Assembly (NCBI GenBank): GCA_018262315.1 | Contig: JAGSPS010000001.1 | Span: 1-28,233, forward strand | Source of the DNA: Deltaproteobacteria bacterium | GTDB taxonomy: Bacteria; Myxococcota_A; UBA9160; PR03 | Direction of reading: 5' to 3' | DNA: 28,233 nucleotides | Shown: one piece after another, positions 8,758-17,048 of the stretch | Layout of the letters: every line of letters starts with the position of its first letter | How positions within the stretch are numbered: position 1 is the stretch's first letter | Notes under the pieces: model-generated | What the model was told of the DNA's origin: nothing | Databases searched by the model: none | The model's input: the letters and a program-made list of their open reading frames with translations, nothing else | Made by a program: the position numbers and the translations under genes

Positions 8758-10578
8758 ATGACCACCTCGGCACCGGAATCGCGCGGGCCGCAGGACGAGC
8801 CCGGCTTCGACGCGGACGCACTGCGCGCCCGTTACCGCGAGGAGCGCGACAAGCGGCTGCGCGACGACGGCAACGCGCAGTACGTCGAGGTGAAGGGCCG
8901 CTTTGCCCACTACCTCGACGATCCCTACGTGGAGCCGGGCTTCACGCGCGCTCCGCTCACGGACGAGGTCGAGGTGGTGGTGATCGGCGGCGGCTTCGGC
9001 GGTCTGCTGGCGGGCGCGCGGCTGCGCCAGGCGGGCGTCGAGGAGATCCGCATGATCGACCCGGCGGGGGACTTCGGCGGCACCTGGTACTGGAACCGCT
9101 ACCCGGGCATCGCCTGCGACATCGAGTCCTACACCTATCTGCCGCTGCTCGAAGAGCTCGGCTACATGCCGAAAGAGAAATACTCCTACGGCCCCGAGAT
9201 CCTCGAGCACAGCCAGCACATCGCCAGGCACTTCGATCTCTATCGCGACGCGCTGTTCCAGACCCGCGTCGAGGAGCTGCGCTGGGACGATGCTGCGTCG
9301 CGCTGGATCCTCTCGACCAACCACGGCGACCGCATCCGGGCGCACTATGTGTGCCTCGCGACCGGCCCGCTGAACCGGCCGAAGCTGCCGGGCATTCCCG
9401 GCATCGAGAACTTCGCGGGACACTCCTTCCACGCCAGCCGCTGGGACTACCGCTACACCGGCGGCGACTCGAACGGCGGTCTCACGGGCCTGCGCGGGAA
9501 GCGCGTCGGCATCATCGGTACCGGTGCGACGGCGGTGCAGTGCGTGCCGCACCTGGGCGAGTGGGCCGACCAGCTCTACGTGTTCCAGCGTACGCCGTCG
9601 TCGATCGACGTGAAGAACAACCCGACGACCGACCTCGCGTGGGCCGCCGCGCAGCAGCCGGGCTGGCACCAGAAGCGCATGGACAACTTCAACTCCCTGG
9701 TGTCGGGCATCCCCCAGGCCGAGGACCTGGTGCACGACGGCTGGACCGACCTGATCGGGAAGCTCCTCGTCGGCATCCGCGACGGACGCAGTGGCGACCT
9801 CTCGGCTGCCGGCATTGCCCGCGCGGTCGAGCTGGCGGACTTCGAGAAGATGGAGGAGATCCGCGCGCGCGTGGAGTCGGTCGTCGAGGACCCGGCGACC
9901 GCCGCGGCGCTGAAGCCCTACTACCGGCAGTTCTGCAAACGCCCCTGCTTCCACAACGAGTACCTCGAGACCTTCAACCGGCCGAACGTCACGCTGGTAG
10001 ACACCAAAGGGAAGGGCGTCGAGCGCATCACCGGGAAGAGCGTCGTCGTCGGCGGCCGCGAGTACGAGGTCGACTGCCTGATCTACGCGAGCGGCTTCGA
10101 GGTCGGCACCGACTACTCGCGCCGCGCGGGCTTCCAGCTCCACGGCCGCGACGGCACGAGCCTCAGCGAGAAGTGGGCGGGCGGCGTGCGGACGCTCCAC
10201 GGCATGCACGTGCACGGCTTCCCGAACTGCTTCCTCATGAGCAACCCGCAGGCGGGCTTCACGGCGAGCTACCCGCACATGTTGAACGAGCAGGCGAAGC
10301 ACCTGGCGTACATCATCCGCAAGGGGATCGACGAGCAGTGGCACGTGCTCGAGGTGACGCCCGAGGCGGAGCAGGCGTGGGTCGACCAATGCCTCGCCAG
10401 GGCGCGCAACGTCGGCGACTTCTTCGAGAACTGCACGCCCGGCTACTACAACAACGAGGGCAAGCTCGGCGAGCGCAGCGCGCAGGACGGCTTCTACGGC
10501 GGCGGCTCCGTCGAGTTCATCGGGATCCTCGAGGCCTGGCGCGCCACCGACGCGCTCGAAGGCCTGGAGCGCCGCTAG
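8758..10578 (+). CDS. Flavin-containing Baeyer-Villiger monooxygenase (type I)
   Basis: Start MTTSAP at ATG 8758. Motifs VIGGGFGG, GGTWYWNRYPGIACD, BVMO fingerprint FAGHSFHASRW, second Rossmann IGTGATAVQ, FQRTPS and IYASGF. Confidence 0.92.
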   Translation: MTTSAPESRGPQDEPGFDADALRARYREERDKRLRDDGNAQYVEVKGRFAHYLDDPYVEPGFTRAPLTDEVEVVVIGGGFGGLLAGARLRQAGVEEIRMIDPAGDFGGTWYWNRYPGIACDIESYTYLPLLEELGYMPKEKYSYGPEILEHSQHIARHFDLYRDALFQTRVEELRWDDAASRWILSTNHGDRIRAHYVCLATGPLNRPKLPGIPGIENFAGHSFHASRWDYRYTGGDSNGGLTGLRGKRVGIIGTGATAVQCVPHLGEWADQLYVFQRTPSSIDVKNNPTTDLAWAAAQQPGWHQKRMDNFNSLVSGIPQAEDLVHDGWTDLIGKLLVGIRDGRSGDLSAAGIARAVELADFEKMEEIRARVESVVEDPATAAALKPYYRQFCKRPCFHNEYLETFNRPNVTLVDTKGKGVERITGKSVVVGGREYEVDCLIYASGFEVGTDYSRRAGFQLHGRDGTSLSEKWAGGVRTLHGMHVHGFPNCFLMSNPQAGFTASYPHMLNEQAKHLAYIIRKGIDEQWHVLEVTPEAEQAWVDQCLARARNVGDFFENCTPGYYNNEGKLGERSAQDGFYGGGSVEFIGILEAWRATDALEGLERR

Positions 10579-10793
10579 CTGCGCGACGATGCCCTCGCAA
10601 GCGCTGCCAGGCCGCCGCGCGTCACTCCTGCACGCGGGCTGCACCTCTCCGTTGCGCGCTGGGTCGTGCGTGCGCGAAGCGAAGCGCGCGCAGCGTAAGG
10701 CAGGCGACAGCGACGACTCGGAACGTGGGTAAACTTCCCCGCCCGTTGATGCCGAAGCGGAGATTGACCCGACCGCGACACGGGAGGACGCCC

Positions 10794-11471
10794 ATGCAAC
10801 TTCGATTCCCCGGAACGCTGACGCTCGTCATGCTGCTCGCTGGTTTCGCGACCGCGAACGCCTCGACCGTCGTCTTCTTCGACCCCTCCCAGGTTGCGGA
10901 GAGCGTTTCGTCCGGGGTCACCTCCGACACCATCAGCAGCAACGGATATCTCTTCACGTACACGCGCGACAAGTTGTTCACCGGTGGCGTCGGGATGACC
11001 GAACCGATCGGTCGCGCGGAGCGCGTTTCGTGGCCGGACGGACTGGAAGCGCAGGCTGTGACGGTTCCGCCCCCGGGCGTGACGGACTACAAGGCGCGTA
11101 TCACCCTCGCGCGGGTCGACGGCGGCGTCTTCGACCTGACCGCATTCACGGCCAAGCTGCTCGCCAACACGTCCGGGACCGGCGGCGCCATCGAGATCAT
11201 GCCCTTGCTGAATGGAGAGGATGGCTTCAGCGATCCGCTCTACTTCGATGCCAGCGGGAATTATGGCAACTCGTTTTCCTACGACGAGTCGGCGAACTAC
11301 CTGGGCAGTACGGCGTTGCTGAAGGGATTCGACACCTACAAGATCGGACTGTTCGTCGACTTTGCGCTGACCGCTCTCACGCTGGAGGGCGCCCCCGTCC
11401 CCGAACCTTCCACCTCCGCCTTGTTGGGCCTGGGAATCGTCGCGCTGCTGGCCGCCCGTTCTCGAAAGTAA
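10794..11471 (+). CDS. PEP-CTERM sorting-domain surface protein with an unknown mature domain
   Basis: GGAGG RBS before ATG 10794. Signal peptide MQLRFPGTLTLVMLLAGFATANA; C-terminal VPEPSTSALLGLGIVALLAARSRK (PEP motif, TM helix, basic tail). Confidence 0.9.
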   Translation: MQLRFPGTLTLVMLLAGFATANASTVVFFDPSQVAESVSSGVTSDTISSNGYLFTYTRDKLFTGGVGMTEPIGRAERVSWPDGLEAQAVTVPPPGVTDYKARITLARVDGGVFDLTAFTAKLLANTSGTGGAIEIMPLLNGEDGFSDPLYFDASGNYGNSFSYDESANYLGSTALLKGFDTYKIGLFVDFALTALTLEGAPVPEPSTSALLGLGIVALLAARSRK

Positions 11472-11559
11472 AGAAGCCGCGGGAGTCGTGGAAGAGCGCA
11501 GCAGCATGTCCTGCCCTTCTTGAGCGACCGCGCGGACCTTCCCTCCGGCTCACTCGGGG

Positions 11560-12174
11560 TTACCGCGCGGCCGGCCGTGTAAACGCCTGCAGCAGCGCGC
11601 TCACTCCCTGCGTCGAGATGCGCACCGCCTCCTCGCGCGTGAGCGAGCCGTCGTACCACTGTTCGAGAACGGCGCGGCCGGCGGCGACGATCATGCGCGC
11701 GAGGATCGCCGCCTCGGCTTCGCTCACGCCGGTGACCGTCGCGATGTGCAACTGCCAGGGCGCGACGAGGCGATCGAGGATCCTCCGTCCGAGGCGCGCC
11801 ACCTCGGGATCGGGACCCCGCGAGTCGAGCAGGTGCCAGGGGCCGGCGCCCTTCGCCTCGATCGTGTCGCACACCGCGTCCACGAAGAGGCGGGCGCCCA
11901 CCTCCAGACTGCCGGGAATGCTGCGCGCAGCGCTCTCGCCGAAGCGCCGCGTGAGATCCTCCGCGAGATCCTCGAGCACCCCCATGATGAGCGCCTGACG
12001 GCTCGGGAAGAAGCGGTAGACGAGCTGGCGCGTGACGCCGGCGGCCGCCGCCACCTCGGCGAACTGCACGGCGTCGATGCCGCGCGCGGTCATGACCTCG
12101 CCGGCAGCCCTCAGCAGCTGACGCCGCCGTTCCTCCGCCGAGAGGCGCCGGCCTCCGTCCCGCTTGCTTGACAT
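11560..12174 (-). CDS. TetR/AcrR family transcriptional regulator
   Basis: MSSKRDGGRRLSAEERRRQLLRAAGEVMTARGIDAVQFAEVAAAAGVTRQLVYRFF is a typical TetR N-terminal HTH. Start at ATG 12174. Confidence 0.92.
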   Translation of the reverse strand: MSSKRDGGRRLSAEERRRQLLRAAGEVMTARGIDAVQFAEVAAAAGVTRQLVYRFFPSRQALIMGVLEDLAEDLTRRFGESAARSIPGSLEVGARLFVDAVCDTIEAKGAGPWHLLDSRGPDPEVARLGRRILDRLVAPWQLHIATVTGVSEAEAAILARMIVAAGRAVLEQWYDGSLTREEAVRISTQGVSALLQAFTRPAAR

Positions 12175-12203
12175 CTTGTCGCCCACTATTTGACAAGTTG
12201 TAA
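12168..12203. promoter_or_regulatory. Two imperfect palindromes (TTGACATCTTGTCG, TTGACAAGTTGTAA), candidate TetR operators overlapping divergent promoters
   Basis: Both match TGACAA-N-TTGTCA with 1-2 mismatches, start 22 bp apart, and each contains TTGACA. They lie between the TetR start and the divergent operon. Confidence 0.6.
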
Positions 12204-12246
12204 CATTGAAGCGACGATGCGCGCCAATGCGGACGGAGGTTGTGCG

Positions 12247-12612
12247 GTGAAGCTCAAGTCGCGGGGTCTCGGGCGCAAGGAACTGGTGATGGACTTCCGC
12301 GAGTACACCGTCGCGCGTGACGGCCCGGAGCTGGTCATCCAGGGAACCATCCACGAGCCCGTACACTGGGACTTCTCGATCCGGCTCTGCGAAGACGATC
12401 TGCCCGGCATTGCGCGCGTCGCGCTGCAGCCGCGGATGCTCGGCTGGTTGCTGCGAGCCGCGTTCCGGCGCGACCGCCATGCGCACTGGAGCCAGGACCG
12501 GGCAGCGCACCTGGCCGACGCCAGGGCCCGCCGCGAGGCCGCCGACGCAAAATTCTGCGCATCCGCGCAGCCTGCGACCGAGGGCATGCGCAGCGAAGGG
12601 GCGCACCGGTGA
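12247..12612 (+). CDS. Small hypothetical protein (121 aa) coupled to the flavoprotein pair
   Basis: GGAGG at 12235-12239 precedes GTG 12247. The sequence MKLKSRGLGRKELVMDFREY...WDFSIRLCEDDL is protein-like. Its stop overlaps the next start (GTGA). Confidence 0.75.
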   Translation: MKLKSRGLGRKELVMDFREYTVARDGPELVIQGTIHEPVHWDFSIRLCEDDLPGIARVALQPRMLGWLLRAAFRRDRHAHWSQDRAAHLADARARREAADAKFCASAQPATEGMRSEGAHR

Positions 12613-14351
12613 AGGACTACGACGTGATCGTCGTCGGCGGCGGCATCAACGGACTCACGGCCGCGGCCTATCTGGCGAAGGCCGGCCTGTCGGTGGCGGT
12701 CTTCGAGGCGCGTGGCCAGTGCGGCGCGCACTGCGACACCATCGAGCTCGGTCTTCCTGGTTTCCTGCACAGCACCCACGCGGCGTGGCTGGTTCCTGCG
12801 ATGAGCCCGGCGATGGCCGACCTCGAACTCGAACACTACGGGCTCGACCTCTACGGCACGGACGTGTTGTTCGCCAAGACCTTCCGGAACGGAAAGAACG
12901 TGGTGCAGGCGCTGGACCCGGCCGTGACGCAGGAGAGTTTGTCCCGGATCTCGAGTCGCGACGCAAAGACGCAGGCGACGATCACGCAATACCTGGGGGA
13001 ACACGCGCTCGATGCGCTCGAGATCAACCAGCAGATGCTCTTCAGCGCGCCGAATGCGCGTTTGCTCGACCGCCTCGCGGCGTTCCAGGGAGGATTGCTC
13101 GAGCGGCTCGGCATCGCCCTCAGCGGCGACGATCTGCAGCGGATGACCGGCTTCGAGGTCTTCGAGATGCTCTACGAATCCGAGGAGGTCCGCACCACAC
13201 CGGCGGCGCTGGGCGAGTTCACCGGGCAGTGGCCGCTGCACCGGCGGGTGGGGTCGCTCGCGCTGAACCTCGGCGCCCTGTCGTTGATGCCGGTCCACAC
13301 GGCGCGAGGCGGGTCGCACGCGCTCACGCACGCGCTGGTGCGCTGCTTCGTCGCGCATGGCGGCGACATCTGGAGCACCTGTCCGGTCGAGCGGATCCTG
13401 GTGCGAGACGGCCGCGCCCACGGCGTGCGGCTGTCTCCCGATGCGCTGCTGCCGGGCGAAGAGATCCAGGCGCGGGTCGTGATCTCCAACTTGACGCTCG
13501 CGCCCACGTTCCTGCAGATGGTTGGAGAAGACGTCATCGGGTCCGCGCGCGCGCGGCAGATCAAGGGCTTCAACTACGACGATCCGCAACTCCTCGGGGT
13601 CTACTATGCGCTCCGCGGCGATCCGGAGTTCGCCTCGGCGGCGTACGATCCTGCGGTGCAGCGCTCCTGGGTCGGCTATCTCGGCGGCGAGTCGCTCGAC
13701 GAGATTCGCTCGGGCCTCGCGCAGGTCGCTTCGGGCGTGATCCCCGACGACATCATGGGCGGCTGGTTCCTTCCCACGCGGGCCGAGCCGTCGCAGGCCC
13801 CGCCGGGCTGTCACGTGGGATTCGTCTGGATCAGCGTGCCACCGAGCCCGCGGCGTTGGCGCGGCCGGAGGCTCGACGGTTGGGACGCCTGGCGCACGCT
13901 CGCGGAGCCGCTGGCGGAGGCCGTGACGGAGCGGATGGAGGGGTACGCGCCGGGCTTCCGCGACCTCGTCCTCGAACGCCACGTGAATACACCCATGAAC
14001 CAGCAGGACAGCAATCCGTCGGCGATCCGGGGGAACATGATCGGCGGCAGCGCGATCCCCGAGCAGTACGGGATGAACCGCCCGCTTCCGGGCATCGTCG
14101 TCGGCGGCGCCTCGCGCAGCTTCCTGCCGGGGCTCTATCTCTCGAACTCGATTCATCCCTACGGCGCCACGCATCTCGCGACCGGCTACCTGGCTGCGCT
14201 GGAAGTGGCCGAAGACCTCGGCCGTCGCGACGCCGAATGGTGGCGCGCAAAGCCGATGATGTGGTTCCTCGAGAACCTGGGTCGCATTCCCTTGAATGCA
14301 GGCGTCGCCGAGAAGTGGCAGCGAAAGGCGGGCGCCGGGGTGCCGCGATGA
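12609..14351 (+). CDS. Phytoene dehydrogenase-like NAD(P)/FAD-dependent oxidoreductase (paralog 1)
   Basis: YDVIVVGGGINGLTAAAYLAKAG Rossmann motif, RGGSHALTHAL, GNMIGG and a C-terminal GLYL...HP motif, matching the CrtI/COG1233-like layout. Confidence 0.85.
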   Translation: MKDYDVIVVGGGINGLTAAAYLAKAGLSVAVFEARGQCGAHCDTIELGLPGFLHSTHAAWLVPAMSPAMADLELEHYGLDLYGTDVLFAKTFRNGKNVVQALDPAVTQESLSRISSRDAKTQATITQYLGEHALDALEINQQMLFSAPNARLLDRLAAFQGGLLERLGIALSGDDLQRMTGFEVFEMLYESEEVRTTPAALGEFTGQWPLHRRVGSLALNLGALSLMPVHTARGGSHALTHALVRCFVAHGGDIWSTCPVERILVRDGRAHGVRLSPDALLPGEEIQARVVISNLTLAPTFLQMVGEDVIGSARARQIKGFNYDDPQLLGVYYALRGDPEFASAAYDPAVQRSWVGYLGGESLDEIRSGLAQVASGVIPDDIMGGWFLPTRAEPSQAPPGCHVGFVWISVPPSPRRWRGRRLDGWDAWRTLAEPLAEAVTERMEGYAPGFRDLVLERHVNTPMNQQDSNPSAIRGNMIGGSAIPEQYGMNRPLPGIVVGGASRSFLPGLYLSNSIHPYGATHLATGYLAALEVAEDLGRRDAEWWRAKPMMWFLENLGRIPLNAGVAEKWQRKAGAGVPR

Positions 14352-15883
14352 CGGCCACAGACACCTACGACGCCATCGTGATCGGCGCCGGGCCCAACGG
14401 CCTGGTCTGCGCCGCCTACCTCGCCAAGGCCGGCAAGCGGGTGCTGCTGCTCGAGCGCCGCTTCGAGACCGGCGGCGGCCTCAACACCGACGAGTACTTC
14501 GGCTACCGGCTCAACCTGCACGCGATCTATCACATGATGGCCGAGCTGATGCCGGCCCATCGCGATCTCGGCCTCGAAGAGCTCGGCGTGCGCTACCTCC
14601 AACCGCCCGTCGCAGCGGCGTTCCCGTTTCGCGACGGGACTTCGCTGCTGCTCTCGCGCGACCCCACGGAAACGGCGAACTCCATCGCCGCCTTCTGCCC
14701 TTCCGACGCCGCGGCCTACACGCGGATGTGGGCGGAGTTCACGCCCATCCTCGAGCAGTACCTGATTCCCATGACGTACCGGCTGCCGAATCCCCCCCTC
14801 GATCAGATGGTCGAGTTCGGCGAGACGGCCGCCGGCAGGCGTCTCGCTGCGATCTCGGAGCTGAGCTTCGTCGCGATGCTGGACGAGTACGGCTTCGAAG
14901 ATCCGCGCGTGCGCATGGCTTTGCTGTCGCTGCCGGCGATGTGGGGCCTGCATCTGGGGGATCCCCTCGGCTACCTCTACCCGCTCTATCTGTGCCGCAT
15001 GCTCTCGGCCAGCCTGGTGAAGGGCGGATCGCACCGGCTCTCCTCGGCCCTCTACCGCTCGCTCCTGCGCAGCGGAGGCCAGGTGCTGGATCAATGTGAA
15101 GCGGCGCGCATCGTGCTGCGCGATGGCGCGGCGGTGGGTGTGGAGACCACGGACGGGCGGCGCTTCGAGGCGCGCGCCGTCGTCTCGACCCTCGACCCGG
15201 AGCAGACGTTTCTCCGGCTGCTGGACGAGCAGGCGTTGCCCGGCGATCTGGGGCCGGCCGTGCGCGGCTGGGAATGGGAGGAGCGCACGATGTTCGGGCT
15301 CCACCTCGGCCTGCACGGCGGTGTCGCGTGGAAGGGAAAAGATTCCCGCATCGCCGACTCGATGATCGTGTTCTGTGGCCTCGAGACCGAGGACGAGCTG
15401 CTGGAACACCTGCGTCGTCTCGATGCCGGAGAAGAGCGCGACTGCGCCTGGCTGCACGTCACGGTCCCGACGCGCTTCGACGCAACCATGGCCCCCGCCG
15501 GCCAGCAGCTGCTGCGGGCCGAGGCCGTGGTCCGCTACGACGCGCCGTGGCGAGAGCAGGGCGCAGCGTTCGGTGATTCCTGCATCCGCTTGCTGCGAGA
15601 ATACGCCGACCTCGGCGAGATCGTCTTCCGCCGCGAGACCACGCCGCTCGACATCGAGGCGAAGCTCACGACGATGAAGCGCGGCTCGATCAAGCACGGC
15701 GCCTACACACCGCTGCAGATGGGCTACCTGCGTCCGAACGACCTGTGCTCGCGCAGCGAGACGCCGATTCGCGGCCTCTTCGTGGGCGGCGCGTCGACGT
15801 ATCCCGGCGGCATGATCCTGGGCGCGCCGGGCTTCCTCGCGGCCGGCGTCGTGGGGGACTTTCTCGAAGCGGCTCCCGGCTGA
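14348..15883 (+). CDS. Phytoene dehydrogenase-like NAD(P)/FAD-dependent oxidoreductase (paralog 2)
   Basis: ATG 14348 overlaps the upstream stop (ATGA). Motifs YDAIVIGAGPNGLVCAAYLAKAG, LERRFETGGG, KGGSHRLS and TPIRGLFVGGASTYPGG..GAPG. Confidence 0.88.
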   Translation: MTATDTYDAIVIGAGPNGLVCAAYLAKAGKRVLLLERRFETGGGLNTDEYFGYRLNLHAIYHMMAELMPAHRDLGLEELGVRYLQPPVAAAFPFRDGTSLLLSRDPTETANSIAAFCPSDAAAYTRMWAEFTPILEQYLIPMTYRLPNPPLDQMVEFGETAAGRRLAAISELSFVAMLDEYGFEDPRVRMALLSLPAMWGLHLGDPLGYLYPLYLCRMLSASLVKGGSHRLSSALYRSLLRSGGQVLDQCEAARIVLRDGAAVGVETTDGRRFEARAVVSTLDPEQTFLRLLDEQALPGDLGPAVRGWEWEERTMFGLHLGLHGGVAWKGKDSRIADSMIVFCGLETEDELLEHLRRLDAGEERDCAWLHVTVPTRFDATMAPAGQQLLRAEAVVRYDAPWREQGAAFGDSCIRLLREYADLGEIVFRRETTPLDIEAKLTTMKRGSIKHGAYTPLQMGYLRPNDLCSRSETPIRGLFVGGASTYPGGMILGAPGFLAAGVVGDFLEAAPG

Positions 15884-15913
15884 TCGCGCCTCGCCGCAGC
15901 CGGGGAGGCGCGA
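15884..15913. terminator. GC-rich hairpin between convergent genes, possible bidirectional terminator
   Basis: TCGCGCCTC (15884-15892) and GAGGCGCGA (15905-15913) form a perfect 9-bp stem immediately after one stop and 8 bp from the other. There is no U-tract. Confidence 0.45.
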
Positions 15914-15920
15914 CCGTCGT

Positions 15921-16973
15921 TCAGTGGCTCCGCATGTGCTCGAGCAGCGGGGCGCTCGCCTTGCCGTCGACGAGCAGGCCCTGCGCGCGCTGATACTCCT
16001 GGATCGCCGTGCGCGTCCTCGGGCCCATCGCGCCGTCGGGAGATCCCGCCGGGAGATAGCCGTGGCGGACCAGTTCGCCCTGGATGTCGTTGACCAGGTC
16101 GCTGCGCGTCGCGCTGCCGCGGCGCTGCTCGTAGAGATCGTTCGGCTGGGTCGCTCCGATCTGCGCGACGAGCTTGTTGTGCGCGTCGAGCAGCGCGGCT
16201 GCGATCAGCTTACCCTCGGCGGTGTTGCCGTAGCCGCTCACGCCGCCGATGCCCGCGACGCCGCCGCCCCAACCGCCGAGCCCGACGCCGGCGCCGAAGT
16301 CGCGCACCTTCGCCGAACCTTCCGAGACGCCCACCTGGACGCCGCTCTGCGCGTCGGTCAGGAACAGCGTCGTCTGGGCCTCTTTGATGCGCATGCTGCC
16401 GAGTGCGCCGCCGACGATCGCTCCGCTGCCGCCGCCGATCAAACCGCCGATGGCCGTGCCTAGTGCAGCGCCGCCCGCGTTCGGGTTGGAGAAGATCACG
16501 TTGGGCGTCAGCAGGTACTGCGTCGTAATCATCTTGCCGCGGGCCGTCTGCGAGCCCTGCCGCAGCATTCCGCTCTGCCGCAGGTACTCCTCCTGCTCGA
16601 TGTTGCGCATCGCGGCTCCGCGGTCGACCACCTTGAAGCAACCCGACTGCGACATGATCAGGCGCAGCATCGGAAGCGGGGACGAGAGGCCGAGAGTCTG
16701 CAGTCCCGTCAGCGCCTCGGGGCTCGCCTCGACGAGTGCGGCCGTGCCGATCGGACGGCTGCAGCGCACGAGCTGATGGGAAGCGCCCTGGGCGCCCGCG
16801 GATCCGCCGGATCCCGTCACCACCGAGCCGCCCTGGCCCAACTGCGGAGTCCCCTGACAGGCAAGTACGGCGAAGGCCAGCACGAATGCCACGCTCGAGC
16901 GGGCCGCCGCACCGTTCCCGCGCGGGCGCAGCGCACCCGATCCCGCAAAGAATCCCCAACGCGTCCGCTTCAT
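15921..16973 (-). CDS. CsgG/HfaB-like lipoprotein with glycine-rich insert and C-terminal peptidoglycan-binding domain
   Basis: Lipobox VLAC. CsgG-like segments LRLIMSQSGCFKVVDRG and QYLLTPNVIFS. PG-binding type 1 pattern IQGELVRHGY...DGAMGPRTRTAIQEYQRAQGLLVDG. Confidence 0.8.
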   Translation of the reverse strand: MKRTRWGFFAGSGALRPRGNGAAARSSVAFVLAFAVLACQGTPQLGQGGSVVTGSGGSAGAQGASHQLVRCSRPIGTAALVEASPEALTGLQTLGLSSPLPMLRLIMSQSGCFKVVDRGAAMRNIEQEEYLRQSGMLRQGSQTARGKMITTQYLLTPNVIFSNPNAGGAALGTAIGGLIGGGSGAIVGGALGSMRIKEAQTTLFLTDAQSGVQVGVSEGSAKVRDFGAGVGLGGWGGGVAGIGGVSGYGNTAEGKLIAAALLDAHNKLVAQIGATQPNDLYEQRRGSATRSDLVNDIQGELVRHGYLPAGSPDGAMGPRTRTAIQEYQRAQGLLVDGKASAPLLEHMRSH

Positions 16974-17048
16974 CGATCCCCCCACCTTCTGTTTCTGTTG
17001 CGCAGCGCTGCGATCCGTCTCCGCAGGGTCGTCGCGATCCAGCGATCG

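Noticed and set aside
8707-10644. Long antisense ORFs (e.g. 8707-10644, 12186-14174, 14186-15697, 17456-19627, 19120-20811, 23592-25661, 26556-28109)
   Set aside because: Each shadows a well-supported gene on the opposite strand or frame and has Arg/Ala/Gly-rich composition without motifs. This is expected at very high GC.
8750-10796. Identical GGACGCCCATG before the BVMO and PEP-CTERM starts
   Set aside because: It is most simply a shared RBS/start context, too short to imply duplication.
9351-11471. Apparent 706-aa PEP-CTERM ORF
   Set aside because: The RBS and signal peptide place the start at 10794. The upstream part overlaps the BVMO out of frame. The same applies to the extended ORFs listed at 2229, 3245, 16736, 18961 and 23799.
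12317-15883. Apparent 1188-aa ORF
   Set aside because: Only the part from ATG 14348 is protein-like. The upstream part is an off-frame read of the small gene and paralog 1.
12609-15883. Carotenoid biosynthesis cluster
   Set aside because: No crtB, crtE or cyclase gene is in the window, and the fold is shared by many non-carotenoid enzymes.
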